This document shows, in pieces, positions 14,826 through 19,033 of a stretch of 19,033 nt of DNA. The notes under the pieces were generated by a model. It ran no database searches. It was not told where the DNA came from and worked only from the letters and a program-made list of their open reading frames with translations. Location of the stretch: IMG/VR virus record IMGVR_UViG_2681813004_000005, positions 1 through 19,033 of that record. One strand, written 5' to 3'. This DNA is from a virus (lineage: Duplodnaviria; Heunggongvirae; Uroviricota; Caudoviricetes). The position numbers and the translations under genes are program-made. The first letter of the stretch is position 1. Every line of letters begins with the position of its first letter.

Positions 14826-17800
14826 ATGAGTGTGGCGACATTACGTGAACTGATTATTAAAATCTCGGCAAATTCCCGGTCATTCCAGTCAGAGATCTCC
14901 CGGGTTTCGCGTATGGGGCAGGATTACTACCGTACCATGCAGAACGGAGGCCGGCAGTCCGCTGCTGCATCCCGTGAAATGCGGCGTGCACTGGCAGAAG
15001 TGACGGATCAGATAAATACAGCTAAATCTTCGGCACTGAATATGGCGGGGGCATTTGCCGGGGCTTTTGCTACCGGTCATCTTATTTCTCTCGCCGATGA
15101 GTGGAATTCAGTAAATGCCCGTCTGAAGCAGGCCTCACAGTCCAGTGATGATTTTCAGGCATCACAGCGTGAATTAATGGCGATCAGCCAGAGAACGGGG
15201 ACGGCGTTTTCTGATAACGCCAGCCTTTTTGCCCGTTCTGCAGCTTCCATGCGGGAGTATGGCTACAGTTCTGAGGAGGTACTGAAAGTCACCGAGGCGA
15301 TCTCCACGGGCCTGAAATTATCCGGTGCCAGTACAGCAGAAGCCAGTTCGGTGATCACGCAGTTCAGTCAGGCACTGGCGCAGGGAGTGCTGCGTGGTGA
15401 AGAATTTAACTCTGTGAATGAGAACGGCGATCGTGTTATTCGTGCGCTGGCTGCGGGAATGGGTGTTGCCCGTAAGGATCTGAAGGCCATGGCGGATAAC
15501 GGAAAACTGACTGCCGATAAGGTTGTCCCTGCACTGATTAGTCAGCTTGGGGCGTTGCGTGATGAATATGCAGCAATGCCTGATACGGTTTCATCCTCTG
15601 CAACCAAAGTTGAAAACGCCTTTATGGCCTGGGTTGGTGGTGCGAACGAGGCAAGCGGAGTGACAAAGACGCTCTCTGGTGTGCTGAATGGTATTGCAGG
15701 CAATATTGACACTGTGGCAACCGCTGCCGGTGCTCTGGTTGCCGTCGGGGTAGCCCGATATTTTGGCAATATGGCGTCTTCTGCTGGATCTGCAACTGCC
15801 GGATTAATTACTGCAGCCAGAAACGAAGTGGCTCTTGCTGAAGCGCAACTTCGGGGGACACAGATAGCAACCGCCAGGGCGCGTGCGGCGGTTTATCGTG
15901 CGCAACAGGCGGTTGTTGCTGCTCGCGGTACCGAAAGGCAGGCAGCCGCAGAAGCGAAGCTGACAGCTGCCCAGGCGTCACTTACCCGTAATATTACGGC
16001 CAGAACAGCGGCACAGACAACGCTGAATACTGTCACGTCAGTGGGGAGTCGTCTGTTAAGTGGTGCGCTGGGGTTGGTTGGTGGTGTGCCGGGACTCGTC
16101 ATGCTGGGGGCGACGGCCTGGTACACGATGTATCAGAATCAGGAGCAGGCCAGAGAATCTGCACGCCAGTATGCCGCAACAATCGACGAAATTCGCCAGA
16201 AAACGTCGGCAATGTCGCTTCCTGAAGCGTCAGATAATGAGGAAAAGACGCGGCAGGCACTGAAGGAGCAGAACAGGTTAATTGACGAGCAGAAAAGTAA
16301 GATTAAATCCTTACAGGAAAAAATTGCTGGCTATCAGTATGTGCTGGCAAACCCGGGCTGGACAACCGATAACGGTTTTATGATTAACCACATGACGTCG
16401 GTAAAAACTGTCACAGAAGGGCTTGCAGAAGCAACAAATCAACTGGCAGTTGAACAGTCTCGCCTCACTCAAATGCAGGGCAAAGCGCAATCCATTCAGG
16501 ATGTGCTTGCCGGGCTGGAGGAGCGGCGGGTTGCGTTGATCCGTCAACAGGCAGCGGAACAAAACAAAGCGTATCAGTCCATGTTGATCATGAATGGGCA
16601 GCATACCGAGTTTAATCGCCTTCTCGGGCTTGGTAATGAATTACTTCAGCAGCGACAGGGGCTGGTGAATGTACCGTTACGGCTGCCACAGGCCACCCTG
16701 GATGATAAACAGCAGACCGCACTGAATAACAGCGAGCGCGAACTGGCTCTGTCCCGCCTGAAGGGGGAAGCCCGTGAGCGTGCCCGACTGGGTTATGCTG
16801 CGGATGATCTCGGCTTTGTGGGAGAGGCGTATCAGACAGCCAGACAGAATTATATCAATAACTCACTGGATGCCTGGCGAAATAACCAGGCAAATAAACC
16901 CAAAGCGCATAAAAAGACCGAAGCGGAAAAAACAGAAGATATTTATAAACGGCTGATTAAACAGCAAAAAGAACAAATAGCACTGGCAGGTCAGAATACT
17001 GAACTGGCTAAGATGAAATATCAGGTCAGTCAGGGCGAATTATCAACCCTGTCAGAAGCGCAGAAAAAAACGCTTTTACAGAATGCGGCACTCATCGACC
17101 AGAAAAAGATTCGTGAGCAGCTTGCCGCGTATGAAAGCAGTCTGGCGGACAGTAATGCCAGCGCCCGGGCATCTGACGACGCGCAGTTGCTGGGATATGG
17201 TGAAGGCTCACGGATGCGTGAACGACTCCAGGAAATGTGGAGTATCCGGCAGGCGTTTGAGCAGAAAAATAACGAGCTGCTGAGACAGTATCAGGCCGGA
17301 GAAATTGAAGAAGCCCTGTGGAAACAGGAAAAATCGCTGAATGAAAAATATCTGGAAGAGCGTCTCAGCGATCAGCAGGATTATTATGCAAAGGCTGATG
17401 CTTTACGCAGTGACTGGAATGCCGGACTCCAGGAGGGGCTGACGAACTGGGCAGACAGTGCCACCGATTATGCTTCGCAGGCGGCAGATGCTGTCGTTTC
17501 CACTATGGACGGGCTGGTATCAAATATTTCCGATGCACTGGCCGGAAATGTTGTGGACTGGCGAAACTGGGGGAGTTCAATCCTCCAGGAAGTTTCAAAA
17601 ATTCTGATGAACGCTGCCATCGTTAACGGGCTGAAGTCACTTTCCAAAAGCATGTCCGGTGCCGGAGGATGGCTTGGTACGGTCGGCGACTGGCTTTCCG
17701 GTGCAGTGGCAAACGCAAAAGGTGGTGTTTACACATCGGCAAATCTGAGTGCTTACAGTAACACTATTGTGGATACACCGACGTATTTTGCTTTTGCGAA

Positions 17801-18071
17801 AGGTGCCGGGCTGATGGGCGAGGCCGGGCCTGAAGCTATCATGCCACTGACACGGGCAGCGGACGGCTCTCTTGGGGTCAGAGCCATTGGCAATGTGAAT
17901 GGTGGCGGGGGATTTGTTTATTCTCCCGTGTATCACATCAGTATTCAGAATAAAGGGAGCAATGGCGAGATAGATACGCAGTCAGCCAGGGGGCTGGTGG
18001 ATCTGATCGACAGCAGGGTTGTGTCAATTATGCAGTCATCACGTCGGGACGGAGGATTATGCAGTGCCTGA
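14826..18071 (+). CDS. Tail tape measure protein
   Basis: 1081 aa. Long Ala/Gln-rich helical and coiled-coil regions, Gly-rich C-terminus. Lies between the chaperone and the M-like gene. Confidence 0.85.
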   Translation: MSVATLRELIIKISANSRSFQSEISRVSRMGQDYYRTMQNGGRQSAAASREMRRALAEVTDQINTAKSSALNMAGAFAGAFATGHLISLADEWNSVNARLKQASQSSDDFQASQRELMAISQRTGTAFSDNASLFARSAASMREYGYSSEEVLKVTEAISTGLKLSGASTAEASSVITQFSQALAQGVLRGEEFNSVNENGDRVIRALAAGMGVARKDLKAMADNGKLTADKVVPALISQLGALRDEYAAMPDTVSSSATKVENAFMAWVGGANEASGVTKTLSGVLNGIAGNIDTVATAAGALVAVGVARYFGNMASSAGSATAGLITAARNEVALAEAQLRGTQIATARARAAVYRAQQAVVAARGTERQAAAEAKLTAAQASLTRNITARTAAQTTLNTVTSVGSRLLSGALGLVGGVPGLVMLGATAWYTMYQNQEQARESARQYAATIDEIRQKTSAMSLPEASDNEEKTRQALKEQNRLIDEQKSKIKSLQEKIAGYQYVLANPGWTTDNGFMINHMTSVKTVTEGLAEATNQLAVEQSRLTQMQGKAQSIQDVLAGLEERRVALIRQQAAEQNKAYQSMLIMNGQHTEFNRLLGLGNELLQQRQGLVNVPLRLPQATLDDKQQTALNNSERELALSRLKGEARERARLGYAADDLGFVGEAYQTARQNYINNSLDAWRNNQANKPKAHKKTEAEKTEDIYKRLIKQQKEQIALAGQNTELAKMKYQVSQGELSTLSEAQKKTLLQNAALIDQKKIREQLAAYESSLADSNASARASDDAQLLGYGEGSRMRERLQEMWSIRQAFEQKNNELLRQYQAGEIEEALWKQEKSLNEKYLEERLSDQQDYYAKADALRSDWNAGLQEGLTNWADSATDYASQAADAVVSTMDGLVSNISDALAGNVVDWRNWGSSILQEVSKILMNAAIVNGLKSLSKSMSGAGGWLGTVGDWLSGAVANAKGGVYTSANLSAYSNTIVDTPTYFAFAKGAGLMGEAGPEAIMPLTRAADGSLGVRAIGNVNGGGGFVYSPVYHISIQNKGSNGEIDTQSARGLVDLIDSRVVSIMQSSRRDGGLCSA

Positions 18072-18405
18072 GTCTGAAGTTTTTAACTGGATCCCCCGCG
18101 AGGGGATGGAGACGACACGAAAGCCATCTGTTATTACAGTAAAGTTCGGTGACGGATATGAACAGCGACGGGCTGGTGGTCTGAATGCGGATCTGAAAAC
18201 CTTTAAACCGGTATTTCGTGTCACAGATGAATATTCCCGCGCCGCGCTGGACAGTTTTTTATCCCGTCATGCCGGGATGCGTGCTTTTTTGTGGCGCCCG
18301 CCAAAACACAACAGGACTGTCAGGGTTGTCTGCAGGGAGTGGAGTACTTCGGATAATGCCATGTATACCGATTTTAACTGTACCTTTGAAGAGGTCACTC
18401 ACTGA
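18064..18405 (+). CDS. M: Minor tail protein, lambda M-like
   Basis: Core motif FGDGYEQRRAGGLNADLKT matches lambda gpM (FGDGYSQRAPAGLNANLKT, recalled from memory), as does FLW.PP. GTG at 18064 with GGAGGA RBS gives a lambda-M-sized product; the track start at 18019 would overlap the tape measure gene by 50 nt. Confidence 0.7.
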   Translation: MPESEVFNWIPREGMETTRKPSVITVKFGDGYEQRRAGGLNADLKTFKPVFRVTDEYSRAALDSFLSRHAGMRAFLWRPPKHNRTVRVVCREWSTSDNAMYTDFNCTFEEVTH

Positions 18406-19033
18406 TGCAGGATATACAACAGGAAACACTGAATGAGTGTACAAAAGCGGAGCAATCCGCACTGGTCGTGCTCTGGGAAGTCGATCTGACCGAAGTCGGT
18501 GGCGAGCGTTATTTTTTCTGTAATGAGCAGAACGAAAAAGGTGAGTCAGTCACCTGGCAGGGGCGACAGTATCAGGCGTACCCTATTCAGGGAAGCGGCT
18601 TTGAGATGAACGGCAAAGGAGCCAGTGCAAGACCAACGCTGAAAGTCTCTAACCTGCACGGCATGGTCACCGGGATGGCGGAAGACCTGCAAAGTCTGGT
18701 CGGCGGAACGGTGGTCAGGCGTAAGGTTTACGCCCGTTTTCTGGATGCGGTGAACTTCGTCAACGGAAACAGTGACGCCGATCCGGAGCAGGAGGTGATC
18801 AGCCGCTGGCGCGTCGAGCAGTGCAGCGAACTGAGCGCGGTCAGTGCCTCCTTTGTGTTGTCCACACCGACGGAAACGGATGGTGCCGTTTTTCCGGGGC
18901 GCATCATGCTGGCCAACACCTGCACCTGGACCTATCGCGGTGATGAGTGCGGTTATAATGGTCCGGCTGTCGCGGATGAATATGACCAGCCAACGTCCGA
19001 TATCACGAAGGATAAATGCAGCAAATGCCTGAG
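18405..19033 (+). CDS. L: Minor tail protein L (lambda gpL-like), 3' end beyond the window
   Basis: ATGA overlap with the M stop. Translation (MQDIQQETLNECTKAEQS ... VVRRKVYARFLDAVNFVNGNS ... RIMLANTCTWTYRGDECGY ... KDKCSKCL) is close to lambda gpL as I recall it. Frame is open to the window end, so it is missing from the ORF track. Confidence 0.85.
   Translation, partial: MQDIQQETLNECTKAEQSALVVLWEVDLTEVGGERYFFCNEQNEKGESVTWQGRQYQAYPIQGSGFEMNGKGASARPTLKVSNLHGMVTGMAEDLQSLVGGTVVRRKVYARFLDAVNFVNGNSDADPEQEVISRWRVEQCSELSAVSASFVLSTPTETDGAVFPGRIMLANTCTWTYRGDECGYNGPAVADEYDQPTSDITKDKCSKCL

Overview
All plausible genes are on the + strand and the window is tailed-phage morphogenesis DNA made of two distinct units. 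Unit 1 (251-6888) is a complete HK97-type head and DNA-packaging module (major capsid, prohead protease, portal, head-tail adaptor, gp6-like connector, HNH endonuclease, P27-family TerS, TerL) in a non-canonical order and with no tail genes. After a ~680 bp repeat-rich non-coding junction (6889-7571), unit 2 is a lambdoid prophage structural region that starts with a 5'-truncated terL remnant and runs portal, protease, capsid, connector, adaptor, neck, major tail, G/GT chaperone with a -1 frameshift site, tape measure, M and L (L runs off the window end). The main hypothesis is that unit 1 is a capsid-forming, tail-stealing phage satellite (cf-PICI-like) lying beside a packaging-defective helper prophage. 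Supporting this, its head-tail adaptor is about 59% identical to the prophage adaptor while the other paired head proteins are only about 25-40% identical. All homology calls are by-eye motif recognition without database searches and all identities are hand counts.
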